A stretch of DNA of 63,495 nt from a virus. Taxonomy: Duplodnaviria; Caudoviricetes. Positions 1 through 9,467 of this stretch are shown here, piece after piece (positions within the stretch are counted from its first letter, which is position 1; every line of letters begins with the position of its first letter). The DNA lies in IMG/VR virus record IMGVR_UViG_3300049203_000046, positions 1 to 63,495 of that record. One strand, 5' to 3'. The notes below the pieces were generated by a model. The model searched no databases and was not told the origin of the DNA. It was given only the letters and a program-made list of their open reading frames with translations. The position numbers and the translations under genes were made by a program.

Positions 1-131
1 TCGAAGGGATCGTGCCGGCAGGAGAAGTGAGCACGGTCATGACCCTCACCGGGACAAAAGACGACGGGAGCGGCGCGCTCAGGATCGTGTCGACGGTGGA
101 TCAGGACGCCTCGATACTGGCGTTTACGCTG
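1..131 (+). repeat. Terminal direct repeat, copy 1 (probably assembly circularisation overlap)
   Basis: 1..131 equals 63365..63495 except C127 vs A63491. The repeat lies inside a CDS. Confidence 0.95.
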
Positions 132-242
132 GCGCGTATGTCCTTCGGCGTCACGCCTGAGTCGTTCGCCAGATTGCACAAGGCGTTGTCGGAGGCGACG
201 TCGCTGAGGGTGCAGCACACGGAGCTGGTTGGCCATGGATAG
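1..242 (+). CDS. Hypothetical protein, 3' part (starts at 63322 across the junction)
   Basis: Frame continues from MDPNDIDAEAIFGALEGIVPAGEV at 63322. Confidence 0.75.
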   Translation, partial: EGIVPAGEVSTVMTLTGTKDDGSGALRIVSTVDQDASILAFTLARMSFGVTPESFARLHKALSEATSLRVQHTELVGHG

Positions 243-735
243 GTACAATCTCCTGCCGGCAACCGATGCGAATGCGGTCGAGCGCGTCTTCGAGGCTATG
301 CTGGCAATGGGCACACGCTCAACGACAGTTGGATACCAGCATGCCAAGCGCATCCAGGCCGCGCTCGTCAATCGTCGTGACTGGATCGAGAAGGCGAACG
401 TCGAGATCACGAAGGTGGTCATGCTGGAGAATGAGAACGCCATCCTCAAGCACCAGCTCGGCGAGCTGGACAAGATCAACAAGGCCCGGATCATCCGGGC
501 TTTGGCCAATAAGCCTAGCGAGATGCGTGCCGTAACAGGGCAAAAGTATAGAGTAATGGAAGGTGATGCCGAACACTTCATGCCGAGGACCATTGGGCAT
601 CAAGTAGATATCTTGGCCGACTTCTTTATGGCTCACGGCATCAAAATGCCGGTACACTTCCCTGAAAGAGTTGAGGCCGTCAGAGCGGAGATGAGAAAGA
701 GAAATTGGAGGTTTCAGGCGTCGTCCATCACCTGA
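235..735 (+). CDS. Hypothetical protein
   Basis: ORF coupled to the upstream gene, with GGAG upstream. Confidence 0.7.
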   Translation: MDRYNLLPATDANAVERVFEAMLAMGTRSTTVGYQHAKRIQAALVNRRDWIEKANVEITKVVMLENENAILKHQLGELDKINKARIIRALANKPSEMRAVTGQKYRVMEGDAEHFMPRTIGHQVDILADFFMAHGIKMPVHFPERVEAVRAEMRKRNWRFQASSIT

Positions 736-749
736 ATTGCGCGAAGTAG
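725..749 (+). promoter_or_regulatory. 25-bp repeated promoter-like element CCATCACCTGAATTGCGCGAAGTAG
   Basis: Exact copy at 2996..3020. Runs into TAGTAT (-10-like). Confidence 0.65.
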
Positions 750-788
750 TATTTGTTTTGGCCAACCACACCACGAAAGGAACTGGCA

Positions 789-1565
789 ATGACTGAAGAA
801 ACAACTGCACATCTGGTGCCCGATGAAGAAGATATCGGCGTCGATGTTGGCGCTGGGCTTGGAGGGTTCGGCATTGCGGTGCCGAGGCCGGCTCCCGTGC
901 CGGCGACCGCACATGAGGAGGAGTTCGATCTTGATGAACTCGACGATGACGATGACGACGATGGCAGCGATGCCATGGTCGAGACGGTTGCTGCGGCGAT
1001 GGCGCCTGAGGCGGCCAAGCCGAAGCCGAGGGAGCTGACGGAGGAAGAGAAGGAAGAGCTGGCCGCTCGCAGGAAGGCGGCCATTGAGGAGCACGAGAAG
1101 ATCCAGGAGATCCGGGTGGCCACGCTGCATGATGCGGTGCGGCTGATCCGGGCCGGCATGATCCTCATTGCGGAGAGTGGCCAACGGGTCGTCGATAGCG
1201 GGCTGATCGGGAATTTGGATGCACCGCTCCAGATGTTCATCAAGAACTCGCTCGAAGTTGAGCGGGAATATCAGGCGATCCTGGCCGGCGAGCCCGTCGA
1301 TGACGAAGAAGGTGAGATCCCCTCGATCCTGTCCGACTTCCTCAAGCGCAGCGAACTCGAAGAGGCCGAGCGCAAGGCCGAGGAAGAGCGCGAGCGGGAG
1401 GAAGCGAGGAAGGCTGCGGCCGCTGCGGCAATGGCCACGCATCATCATCACGAAGATGAAGAGCGTGAGCCTGAGGACGTGGACAAATATGCGGCCGAGC
1501 GTGAGGCGGAGAGAGAGGCCGAGAAGAAAAAGATTGACGAGTTCTTCGGAGCTGACATCTTCTAG
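789..1565 (+). CDS. Highly acidic hypothetical protein
   Basis: CACCAC leader plus AAAGGA SD. Poly-Asp tract, E-rich, ends DEFFGADIF. Confidence 0.8.
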   Translation: MTEETTAHLVPDEEDIGVDVGAGLGGFGIAVPRPAPVPATAHEEEFDLDELDDDDDDDGSDAMVETVAAAMAPEAAKPKPRELTEEEKEELAARRKAAIEEHEKIQEIRVATLHDAVRLIRAGMILIAESGQRVVDSGLIGNLDAPLQMFIKNSLEVEREYQAILAGEPVDDEEGEIPSILSDFLKRSELEEAERKAEEEREREEARKAAAAAAMATHHHHEDEEREPEDVDKYAAEREAEREAEKKKIDEFFGADIF

Positions 1566-1592
1566 TATCCATCGATAACGATGGAGGCAGAC

Positions 1593-1799
1593 ATGAGGGT
1601 GGTTGTAGCGTTACTTGCGGGATTGGTGGCTGGCTGTTCGAGCAGCCCGCCACCTAGCGGGTACTACCAGAGCAGCGCATCAGCAGAGGCCATGATGAGG
1701 GCCGGGCAGCAGATGCAAAGCCGACGACGCTACGATGATACTCCCGTGAACTGCCAATCGTTTAGGTATGGAGCGCATACCAACACGATCTGTAACTGA
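1593..1799 (+). CDS. Small lipoprotein
   Basis: GGAGG SD. Signal peptide MRVVVALLAGLVAG-C with lipobox. Confidence 0.7.
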   Translation: MRVVVALLAGLVAGCSSSPPPSGYYQSSASAEAMMRAGQQMQSRRRYDDTPVNCQSFRYGAHTNTICN

Positions 1800-1824
1800 C
1801 CAACTAATCACGACAGGGTGAATG

Positions 1825-1856
1825 AAGGTCCGGCCAAAAGCCGGGCCTTTTTCTTT
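1825..1856 (+). terminator. Rho-independent terminator
   Basis: AAGGTCCGGC-caaaa-GCCGGGCCTT followed by a T-run. Confidence 0.8.
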
Positions 1857-1896
1857 GGCGATTGGCCAAATAGATGTAGACTTGTGGGTGATATTA

Positions 1897-1913
1897 TGTC
1901 ACCCATGGGAACA
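1897..1913. promoter_or_regulatory. 17-bp operator-like site TGTCACCCATGGGAACA
   Basis: Member of the TGTCACC-N3-xGxxACA family. Preceded by an inverted GGGTGATA 3 bp upstream. Confidence 0.65.
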
Positions 1914-1939
1914 CCACAACACGAGCACAGGAGCATACA

Positions 1940-2995
1940 ATGTCCGACTTCCTCAACAAATTGAAGGCTGCGGTGAAGAGAGAACCAGAGGCGGTGAATG
2001 TCGTGTCGAGCATACACGCTCAGGCACTTGCCGTTCAGGTCATCGGCGCAATCAAGAAGGGCGAGAAGATCGATGTGGCCATGTCACAGGCGCAGGCTTG
2101 CAGCTGCAATGGGCTAACGCTCCGGTTCGGCGGCACGTCGCACTTCATGCACCACCCCGAGGCGGCCGAGTTCTCGAAGGTCTTCCCGACCATGTTCGCC
2201 TGCCTGGGAAGTGACGAGTACACCGACGACCAGGGTATCGCCATCGCCAGAAAATACGCCAACGAGTTCAGCAAGGTGCAGATGATCAGTGGCGTGATCT
2301 CGAACCTGCTCACGTTCAACAGTATGCACGGCAGGACGAAGCTGGAGCCGGCGGCCGAACAGTTGGCCATCCTGAATGCGTGCGGCGCTTACTTCAATCG
2401 CATGCTGAAGGACGATGCCGACGGTGAAGACGCCAAGATCGAGAGGGATCTGGAGGCCAGGGCCTCGGCGGCGTACCTCGAATACCACGGCAAGCTGAAG
2501 CCGATCACCGATCTTGCCAGCGTGACCGATCAGCACATCGATACGATGAAGGATGCGCTGATCATGCTGGCCAACAGCGGCGGCAGCGGTCGCTGCCTGA
2601 TGATCGGCTTCGTCACCGAGGAAGGCAAGACGATCATGCTGGAGGATGGCAGCGACGATCACTTCGACAAGCATGTCGGTGTGGTGTTCATTGCCACGAA
2701 CCTCGACACTGGCGTGACTTCGCCGGTCGCCGTGTTCCACTATGGGGATGGCCTGACGGCGCTCGTCGAGAAGGCAGAGAAGGCGATTGTGGATGCGGAC
2801 AAGTTCGTCCCGTTCATGAATGGCCCGCTCAATACAATGCGGACGGTCGGTGCGAACATGACGACCAAGCCGCAGAGTGCCAGCGCGTGGCGCAAGGTCA
2901 TGGCCGAGGCGCTTAGCGACGTGATGCAGATGGTCACGCCGTCCGATATCGCCGAGCGTCAGGCTCAAGGCGTCAAGCCAAGCACTCTGCACTAA
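1940..2995 (+). CDS. Hypothetical protein (351 aa)
   Basis: AGGAG SD and typical codon usage. Confidence 0.85.
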   Translation: MSDFLNKLKAAVKREPEAVNVVSSIHAQALAVQVIGAIKKGEKIDVAMSQAQACSCNGLTLRFGGTSHFMHHPEAAEFSKVFPTMFACLGSDEYTDDQGIAIARKYANEFSKVQMISGVISNLLTFNSMHGRTKLEPAAEQLAILNACGAYFNRMLKDDADGEDAKIERDLEARASAAYLEYHGKLKPITDLASVTDQHIDTMKDALIMLANSGGSGRCLMIGFVTEEGKTIMLEDGSDDHFDKHVGVVFIATNLDTGVTSPVAVFHYGDGLTALVEKAEKAIVDADKFVPFMNGPLNTMRTVGANMTTKPQSASAWRKVMAEALSDVMQMVTPSDIAERQAQGVKPSTLH

Positions 2996-3020
2996 CCATC
3001 ACCTGAATTGCGCGAAGTAG
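2996..3020 (+). promoter_or_regulatory. 25-bp repeated promoter-like element, copy 2
   Basis: Identical to 725..749. Runs into TAGAAT. Confidence 0.65.
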
Positions 3021-3106
3021 AATTGAAGGTTGGCCGGCTTTCCGGCCAGCCAGCGAAGCCCTGCGCAATGGGCCGAGCACACCACGAAGCACGAAAGGAA
3101 TTGGAT

Positions 3107-5146
3107 ATGACAGGCATTAAGATCGGCTCCGTCCTAGCGGATGGCACGCCGGTAGCGGAAGCGGTGGAGGTTGCGAAGGTTGCCTCCGCTGGAGCAGCGC
3201 CCTCCCCCACGGTGGTAGTGGCGAAAGGGGAAGTGAAGGTCACGATACACGGCGTGCCGGCATTCCTGACGGCAGACGACGTGCGAGCCATGCTCAACGA
3301 CGTCTACCACCTGACCGACGCCATGCACCATGTGAACGTCAAGCATGGGCTGCCGTCTCCGAAGCATGAGATCACGGTGCGAGCACTCGAAGGCGTGCTG
3401 CGTCACGGCGTGGCCACTGCGGTGGCCGCTTCGCAGGGCGGCACGAAGGAACGCAGGGATGCGCTGAGATTGCAGTCGTCCTATGCGCTGACGTCGAGGC
3501 CGACGCTGAATGGTGTCCCGCACTTCTTTGCCGGCACCGAGTTGGCTGATGCCAGTAAGGCTCCGAGCATTCGGAATATGGCCACGCAGGATCAGCTGCA
3601 CCTGCTGGCGCTCGGCATCCTGAACAGCGCAGCGGCCGAGGCGTGGTACGCCGCCGGCAGCGAGACGTTTAGGAACACCTTCGAGAAGTTCGGCGATCTG
3701 ATCACGCACGTCCAGACCCACACGCTCCCGAGCATTCGAGACAGCGTGGTCAAGGAGTTGCGCATGCGTGGCTTCTCTGACGAGCAGCTCATGAGCGGGT
3801 CCACACTTTCGCCCGTGGTGGCCACGGTCGACGACGCTGGCCGCATCACCGACCTCGATCTCTCCGCCCTTCTGCCGCCGGCTACGGCCGGCGCAGCGAC
3901 TACCAGCACGACAACCACCACAGCAAGCACAAAGGAAGCTGCAATGTCTGACGCCCTCGTCTCCATCCCGTCTGTCAACGAAGCCATCAAGAACAACAAG
4001 TTCAGCCTCGACCCCACGATGGCCGGCATGCTGGATGGCAGCCTCCGTCACCTTGGTCTGCCGTCGATTGAAGAGATCGGCGCAGCGTTCAGGGAACTGG
4101 CGGCCAAGGGTTCGGCTGCTGCTCCGAGCGGGCTTAGCCTGAGCATCGGCGATGCCATGGAATACAAGGCCACGGCAGGCGGCACGATCCCGAGCGGCAA
4201 GTGCGTGACCAAGAAGGCGGCTGCGGTGTTCGGCCTGACTGGTAAGGCGGCTGGCCCGTTCAACATGGACGTGCCGGTCTACGAGTGGGACGCTCCGCAC
4301 CCGCATGTGCCGGCCATTGATCCTGGCTACCAGTTCCAGCCGGTCCAGCTGCTCAGCATCCTCGTGGCCATCGTGACGAACCAGAGAGCGTGGCTCTATG
4401 GGGACACCGGCTGCGGCAAGACCACGCTCATCGAGCAGGTGGCAGCACGGCTGAACTATCCGGTCATCCGAGTGAACTTCGACAGCGAGATCACCCGCAT
4501 GGATCTGATCGGGGCCAAGGACATCATCGTCAGTGGTGGCCATCCGGTTACGACGTTCACGGAAGGCGTGCTGCCGTCGGCGATGCAGATGCCCTGCATC
4601 TTCCTCGCTGACGAGCTGGACTTCATCCGGGCCGACGTTGCGTATGTGTTCCAGCGTGCGCTTGAAGGTAATGGGTTGACGCTGCCGGAAGATGCCGGCC
4701 GCATTGTTAACCCGCATCCTGGTTTCAGGATCTTTGCGACGGCCAACACGCAGGGCCAGGGCGACGAGACTGGCCGGTATCAGGGCGCGAAGCCGCAGTC
4801 TGCTGCGTTCCTCGACCGCTTCACCATGTGGATCCAGTGCGGCTACATGAACGACAAGCAGGTCGAGCAGATGCTGGCCGAGAAGAACCCGTCGCTCCCG
4901 ACCAACATCAGGACCAGCCTGACCAAGTATGCGAGGGAGCATTGGACCGCGTTCATGAACGGTCAGGTGCTGACGGCGCTCTCGCCGCGCGGTCTGCTCA
5001 GCTGCGCGATGACGTACACCGTGTTGTCGTCGACCATCGACAGCAAGGCGGCGTTCGCTCAGGCCATGGAGCGCACGTTCGTGGATCGTGCGAGCCCGGC
5101 CGACGCGCAGACCATCAAGGGCCTGATCACTCGGGTCGTCTCCTAA
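3107..5146 (+). CDS. MoxR/CobS/CbbQ-like AAA+ ATPase with N-terminal extension (possible internal start at 3944)
   Basis: Walker A GDTGCGKT, Walker B FLADELD, sensor ATAN, AFLDRF. vWA gene nearby. Confidence 0.9.
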   Translation: MTGIKIGSVLADGTPVAEAVEVAKVASAGAAPSPTVVVAKGEVKVTIHGVPAFLTADDVRAMLNDVYHLTDAMHHVNVKHGLPSPKHEITVRALEGVLRHGVATAVAASQGGTKERRDALRLQSSYALTSRPTLNGVPHFFAGTELADASKAPSIRNMATQDQLHLLALGILNSAAAEAWYAAGSETFRNTFEKFGDLITHVQTHTLPSIRDSVVKELRMRGFSDEQLMSGSTLSPVVATVDDAGRITDLDLSALLPPATAGAATTSTTTTTASTKEAAMSDALVSIPSVNEAIKNNKFSLDPTMAGMLDGSLRHLGLPSIEEIGAAFRELAAKGSAAAPSGLSLSIGDAMEYKATAGGTIPSGKCVTKKAAAVFGLTGKAAGPFNMDVPVYEWDAPHPHVPAIDPGYQFQPVQLLSILVAIVTNQRAWLYGDTGCGKTTLIEQVAARLNYPVIRVNFDSEITRMDLIGAKDIIVSGGHPVTTFTEGVLPSAMQMPCIFLADELDFIRADVAYVFQRALEGNGLTLPEDAGRIVNPHPGFRIFATANTQGQGDETGRYQGAKPQSAAFLDRFTMWIQCGYMNDKQVEQMLAEKNPSLPTNIRTSLTKYAREHWTAFMNGQVLTALSPRGLLSCAMTYTVLSSTIDSKAAFAQAMERTFVDRASPADAQTIKGLITRVVS

Positions 5147-5204
5147 GTTTCGTGTGGTGGTGAAGGAGGGGCGCGAATGCCCCTCCGACACGAAGGAGGC
5201 GCGC

Positions 5205-5576
5205 ATGATGGACAAGAAGCTGGAGCGAAAGCTCGGCGTCAAGCATGTCGATGTGATCGTCGTGGCGTCCGTCGAGGACGAGGGCGAAACAATCGCCATG
5301 AACTCGTACCTCACCGATCCAGAGGCTGACGAGTGGGTCTCTGAACAGATGGCCAAAGGTCATCGCAGCTTTGCCAGGCTTAGGCTGGGCATCCTCGGGA
5401 ACAACCAGGCGATGGTTGCCAAAGAGCGGGCATGGGAAGCGTTCATCGCAAAGCAAAAGGCCGACCGCCGCAAGGCGTTCGTTGCGGAAAGCATCGACTC
5501 GCTCCTCACCGGAGCGTTCGCAGGCGCAGCGTTCTTCACGGTGCTGACGATCCTGCAATCAATCCCAACCAACTGA
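5205..5576 (+). CDS. Hypothetical protein with C-terminal hydrophobic segment
   Basis: AAGGAGG SD. C-terminal LLTGAFAGAAFFTVLTIL. Confidence 0.75.
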   Translation: MMDKKLERKLGVKHVDVIVVASVEDEGETIAMNSYLTDPEADEWVSEQMAKGHRSFARLRLGILGNNQAMVAKERAWEAFIAKQKADRRKAFVAESIDSLLTGAFAGAAFFTVLTILQSIPTN

Positions 5577-5589
5577 AAGGCACGACACC

Positions 5590-7452
5590 ATGAGTGAAGA
5601 TGACGCATACATCAACAAGCTCGCAGCCGAGATGGCCAGGGGTGTGGCCCCTGATCTGTTCGAGCACGAAATGTACACCAACTCGAAGGTCTTGGGTCGT
5701 GACGGCGGCGTGGTCGTCGTGATCGGCGGCGACAAGGCGCAGACCGATGGCAAGACGGTCGTGTTGCCGGCGCTCGATAAGCACAAGGTGGTGAGCAATG
5801 AAGCTGCGAACGTGGCACGCGGGTTTGTTAACCACGAGTCTGGCCACCTGCGCTTTACCAATGGCCTCACGGTGAAGCGGTTCGCTCGGCACGAGCAGCA
5901 CATGTCGTTCCTTAACGGCATGGAAGACGTTCGGATGGAGAAGAAGTTCGCCGACCAGTATCCGGGGTCGATGGAGCAGTTCTCCTATGCGGCCAACGCC
6001 ACGTTGAGACGGTTCATCAAGCAGGTCGAGACGGGCGAGATCAAGATCGGCGACAAGGCCAAGCTGGTGCCGATGGCCACGGCCTGGGCGGGCCGGCGCA
6101 AGATGGGGCAGGCGCTTGAGACGACGCTGATGGAGAAGCTGGAGAAGCTGACCGGCGTCGAGAACATGAAGGTCGCCGAGTATCTGGCGGACGAAAGCCT
6201 GAAGGCGACCGGCACGCTGGACATCGCACGGTTCCTGGAGAAGTGGCTGGGCAAGGTCGACCCTGAGACGGAGGCCGAGAAGAAGAAGCACGAAGATGAT
6301 GGCGGCATGGGTGCGCCGGGCGGCTCGCCGATGGGTGCTCCGCCGGAGCCGGGCTTTGCGCCGCCGGCTGGCGGGTATCATGAGCCGGACATGGCCGGCG
6401 CTGTTGGGGATATGCTGCCGACTGGCGGCGGCTCGACCGCCTACAAGTCGAACCTCGAAGAGGATAAGATTTGGGATCTCGACAAGTACATGGCCCCCGG
6501 TGGCGGGGCCAGCTCCGGTGAGAACCGCGTGCCAACAGTGACCGAGTACAAGAGGAACTACCTGTATGAGCAGTCGACGCACAAGCCGAGGCACGTCGAC
6601 GATCTGCGAAAGCTCGGGCTCCAGAACGTCGAGTTCATGAAGACGCACCTGGGTCCGAGTGTCAGGGCGGTGAAGATGGCGCTCGAACGTGGGCTGATCG
6701 TGGCCAAGCAGAGGAACTGGGATCCGGGTCAGTCGAGGGGCAACATCGATCCGAAGCGCTTGGCCACGGTGCTGACCGGGTCGAGGAACTTCTATCGCAG
6801 GCGCAGCGCGCTTGAGATGATCGACACGGCCGTGACGCTGCTGATCGATATGAGCGGCAGCATGTGCAACGAGAAGGCCGTCGAGGCCATGAAGGCGGCC
6901 TATGTCTTTGCCGAGAGCCTGACCAAGGTCGGCGTGCCGATTGAGGTGTTGGGGTTCGTGAGCGACCGGGCCGGGCTGAAGAAGCCCATGAGCCGCAGCG
7001 GCGTGATCGACATCATCGTCTACAAGAAGTTCGTCGACTCGATGCAGTCCGGCATGTGGAAGGTCGGGCTGGTTACGAACGCCACGATGTTGGCCGGTGG
7101 CCACCAGAATGCAGACGGCGACAGCCTGCTGCACGCTTGGCGGCGGCTGAGGACGAGGCCCGAGCCGAGGAAGGTACTGATCGTTTTCAGCGACGGCATG
7201 CCCTGCACGCACGGGACCGGCGACGAGAACTACCACCTGAAGCGGGTCGTGCACATGCTGATTGCGCAGGGCTGCGAGACGTTCGGCGTCGGGATCATGA
7301 CCGACTCGGTCAAGCGCTTCTATCCCGAGCACATCGTGATCTCGAAGGCGGAGGATCTGGCCACCAAGGCCGGCGAGTTCCTCAAGAACCTGCTGTTGCC
7401 GCAGCAGATGCGCCAGAAGCGGGCGCGCAAGGAGCTGAAGGCCGCTGCGTGA
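5590..7452 (+). CDS. CobT-like protein: N-terminal zincin-like HExxH domain plus C-terminal vWA domain
   Basis: HESGH and EDVRME motifs. MIDAS DMSGS and VFSDG. Confidence 0.88.
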   Translation: MSEDDAYINKLAAEMARGVAPDLFEHEMYTNSKVLGRDGGVVVVIGGDKAQTDGKTVVLPALDKHKVVSNEAANVARGFVNHESGHLRFTNGLTVKRFARHEQHMSFLNGMEDVRMEKKFADQYPGSMEQFSYAANATLRRFIKQVETGEIKIGDKAKLVPMATAWAGRRKMGQALETTLMEKLEKLTGVENMKVAEYLADESLKATGTLDIARFLEKWLGKVDPETEAEKKKHEDDGGMGAPGGSPMGAPPEPGFAPPAGGYHEPDMAGAVGDMLPTGGGSTAYKSNLEEDKIWDLDKYMAPGGGASSGENRVPTVTEYKRNYLYEQSTHKPRHVDDLRKLGLQNVEFMKTHLGPSVRAVKMALERGLIVAKQRNWDPGQSRGNIDPKRLATVLTGSRNFYRRRSALEMIDTAVTLLIDMSGSMCNEKAVEAMKAAYVFAESLTKVGVPIEVLGFVSDRAGLKKPMSRSGVIDIIVYKKFVDSMQSGMWKVGLVTNATMLAGGHQNADGDSLLHAWRRLRTRPEPRKVLIVFSDGMPCTHGTGDENYHLKRVVHMLIAQGCETFGVGIMTDSVKRFYPEHIVISKAEDLATKAGEFLKNLLLPQQMRQKRARKELKAAA

Positions 7453-7622
7453 TGGCCAAGCGCAAGCGCGTCAGGGTCGCTGGCCCCATGGACAGGCAAC
7501 TGAAAGCCATGGGGTTCAGCTACACCGAGAGGCTGAAAGCTTTCGATGAAGTCAGGACAAACAGGACGGTCGCAGCGCTCGCTGCGGTCGCCCACATCGC
7601 ACGCCACACACGAAGGAAATGA
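7452..7622 (+). CDS. Small basic hypothetical protein (56 aa)
   Basis: TGATG coupling with the vWA gene. Overlaps the next start. Confidence 0.55.
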   Translation: MAKRKRVRVAGPMDRQLKAMGFSYTERLKAFDEVRTNRTVAALAAVAHIARHTRRK

Positions 7623-8218
7623 CCATGGAAGATCAGGATCAGAAGGCCATTGAGTCGATGGCCGATGCAATGCTCGGCACGTTCGAGAAGAAAGAGGAGA
7701 AGAAAGAGGAGCCGAAAGCCAAGGGCTACGTGGGGACGAGGTATTGGGAAGAGTCGGAGCTGATGAAGCGCGCGAAGGCTCGGCCGCTCGATGACGATCT
7801 GGATAGCCTGGATCTGAGTGGGGGGTTGGGGGGAGGCCGCACGACCAGCACACCCCCCGATACTTTGCACACCACGAGCAAAGAGGGACATAGCCCCTAC
7901 AAGCCGAGATATGGATCAGCCTTTGCCGGAAGTCAAGGGGGCGGCGCGCTGCCCACGAGCCCACTGCGGCATAGCCTGAAGAAGCTCACGCCTGCCGACG
8001 TGGACGGGTTGGACATGACGCGCATTCTCACGAAGGTGAAGGATGTTCTGCTCGACGAGTTCGAAAAACAGAATTGGCTGATCCTTGGCAACGCCGAGGC
8101 TCACATGTTCCGGGCTGCATGCGACAGCAACTTGAAGGCAGCGCTGCGGGCGGTCGCCATGAAGATCGCGACCAACGACATCATGCGCGACAAGACGAAA
8201 TCCAAGCCGGCGAAGTGA
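7619..8218 (+). CDS. Hypothetical protein
   Basis: AAGGA SD and CA-rich leader. Confidence 0.75.
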   Translation: MTMEDQDQKAIESMADAMLGTFEKKEEKKEEPKAKGYVGTRYWEESELMKRAKARPLDDDLDSLDLSGGLGGGRTTSTPPDTLHTTSKEGHSPYKPRYGSAFAGSQGGGALPTSPLRHSLKKLTPADVDGLDMTRILTKVKDVLLDEFEKQNWLILGNAEAHMFRAACDSNLKAALRAVAMKIATNDIMRDKTKSKPAK

Positions 8219-8274
8219 CGCCGGCCACGACACGACGACCATCACGACAACACCACACACGAAAGGAAAGCATC

Positions 8275-8691
8275 ATGAAACTCGACGAGCCAATGACCAT
8301 CGAAGCCGTGGACCTGAGCAAGGTTGGCGTTGCGCGCCTCCTCCATCCGATGTTCGGCGCGAGTAAGGTCGGCAAGTTCGTGTCCGTCCGCAAGGCTGGT
8401 GAAGGCGAGAAGACCAAGCTTGGCCTGTATCTGGGCGACCTGCCCTACCAGCTTGGCGGGCGCATTGCGGACACCGAGGAAGGCAAGACGTTGGTCATCG
8501 AACCGTTTCCGATGGGGAACCCCTGCATCTACGTGTTCGATGACAAGCAGTTCGTCTACGGCTTCGAGAGCTGGTGGGGCGAGATCCGTGATCCCGATCA
8601 CCTGCGCGAGATCACGGACGGCGACATCGAGAACGTCTGGTACGTCCAGGCGCTCAAGCAGCTGAGCGAGAAGGAGGCGGCCAGCGAATAG
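8275..8691 (+). CDS. Phage hypothetical protein
   Basis: CACCAC leader plus AAAGGA SD. Typical codon usage. Confidence 0.8.
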   Translation: MKLDEPMTIEAVDLSKVGVARLLHPMFGASKVGKFVSVRKAGEGEKTKLGLYLGDLPYQLGGRIADTEEGKTLVIEPFPMGNPCIYVFDDKQFVYGFESWWGEIRDPDHLREITDGDIENVWYVQALKQLSEKEAASE

Positions 8692-8741
8692 CTGGCCAAC
8701 TCCACCACACCACAACACACGACACGAGAAGGAATTTGGAA

Positions 8742-9467
8742 ATGACGGACAAGGTTGAAGCTCACCGCGAGTCGATCATGCAGCAGCAGGCCACATGGTT
8801 TGGCGAGCACTTCATGCCGGCGCTGACCGATGCTGCGACGAGGACGGACGGCGTCGACATCGATGACATTGTGGCCGACCCGGCGTTCGAGGATATCGGG
8901 AAGCTGGCCAAGACAGTCTGGTCCTATTGCCGGGACACGCTGCCGACGCAGGAGTCTGGCCAGTTCACGCCGATGATCCATGCGAACACGGATGCTGGCG
9001 ACGTGCTGATCGTCATGCCCGAGATGGCTGATGATAACGCGGACCTGAGGCGCTTCGCTCGTGAAGTCATGGCCCCGGCGGTCCTGAAGAAGATCGAGGC
9101 GAAGGCGGCGCTCGTGGCCACCGAGGTCTGGTACATCGAGCAGAAGATGCAGCCGGGCATGAAGCTGGAGGCGACGACGGCTGACGAGGCCAGGGCGGAG
9201 GTCTCCAAGACAATGTCGGTCCCCGTGCGAGAAGACGACCGGCGCAAGTCGGCGATCATGGCCATGGTCTTGACGCCGATGACAGAGCTGCTGATGACGT
9301 TCACGATCAACGAGGGAGACGGCCGCAAACTGAGCCCGGTGCCGACGATCATCGTGGCCAAGAACAAGGGCGCGATGCTGCCGCTCATGCGCTCACACTG
9401 GTATTCGGACGAGACGCCGGACCTGCCAGACTCAATGATGACAGGCGTCGGGGAGGCTGCGGAATAA
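8742..9467 (+). CDS. Hypothetical protein
   Basis: CACCAC leader plus AAGGA SD. Confidence 0.8.
   Translation: MTDKVEAHRESIMQQQATWFGEHFMPALTDAATRTDGVDIDDIVADPAFEDIGKLAKTVWSYCRDTLPTQESGQFTPMIHANTDAGDVLIVMPEMADDNADLRRFAREVMAPAVLKKIEAKAALVATEVWYIEQKMQPGMKLEATTADEARAEVSKTMSVPVREDDRRKSAIMAMVLTPMTELLMTFTINEGDGRKLSPVPTIIVAKNKGAMLPLMRSHWYSDETPDLPDSMMTGVGEAAE

Noticed and set aside
1-131. Biological terminal repeat of the virion DNA
   Set aside because: It falls mid-CDS and has a length typical of assembler overlap.
3107-7452. Cobalamin auxiliary metabolic genes cobS/cobT
   Set aside because: No cobN or pathway context. A generic MoxR/vWA pair is the more parsimonious call.
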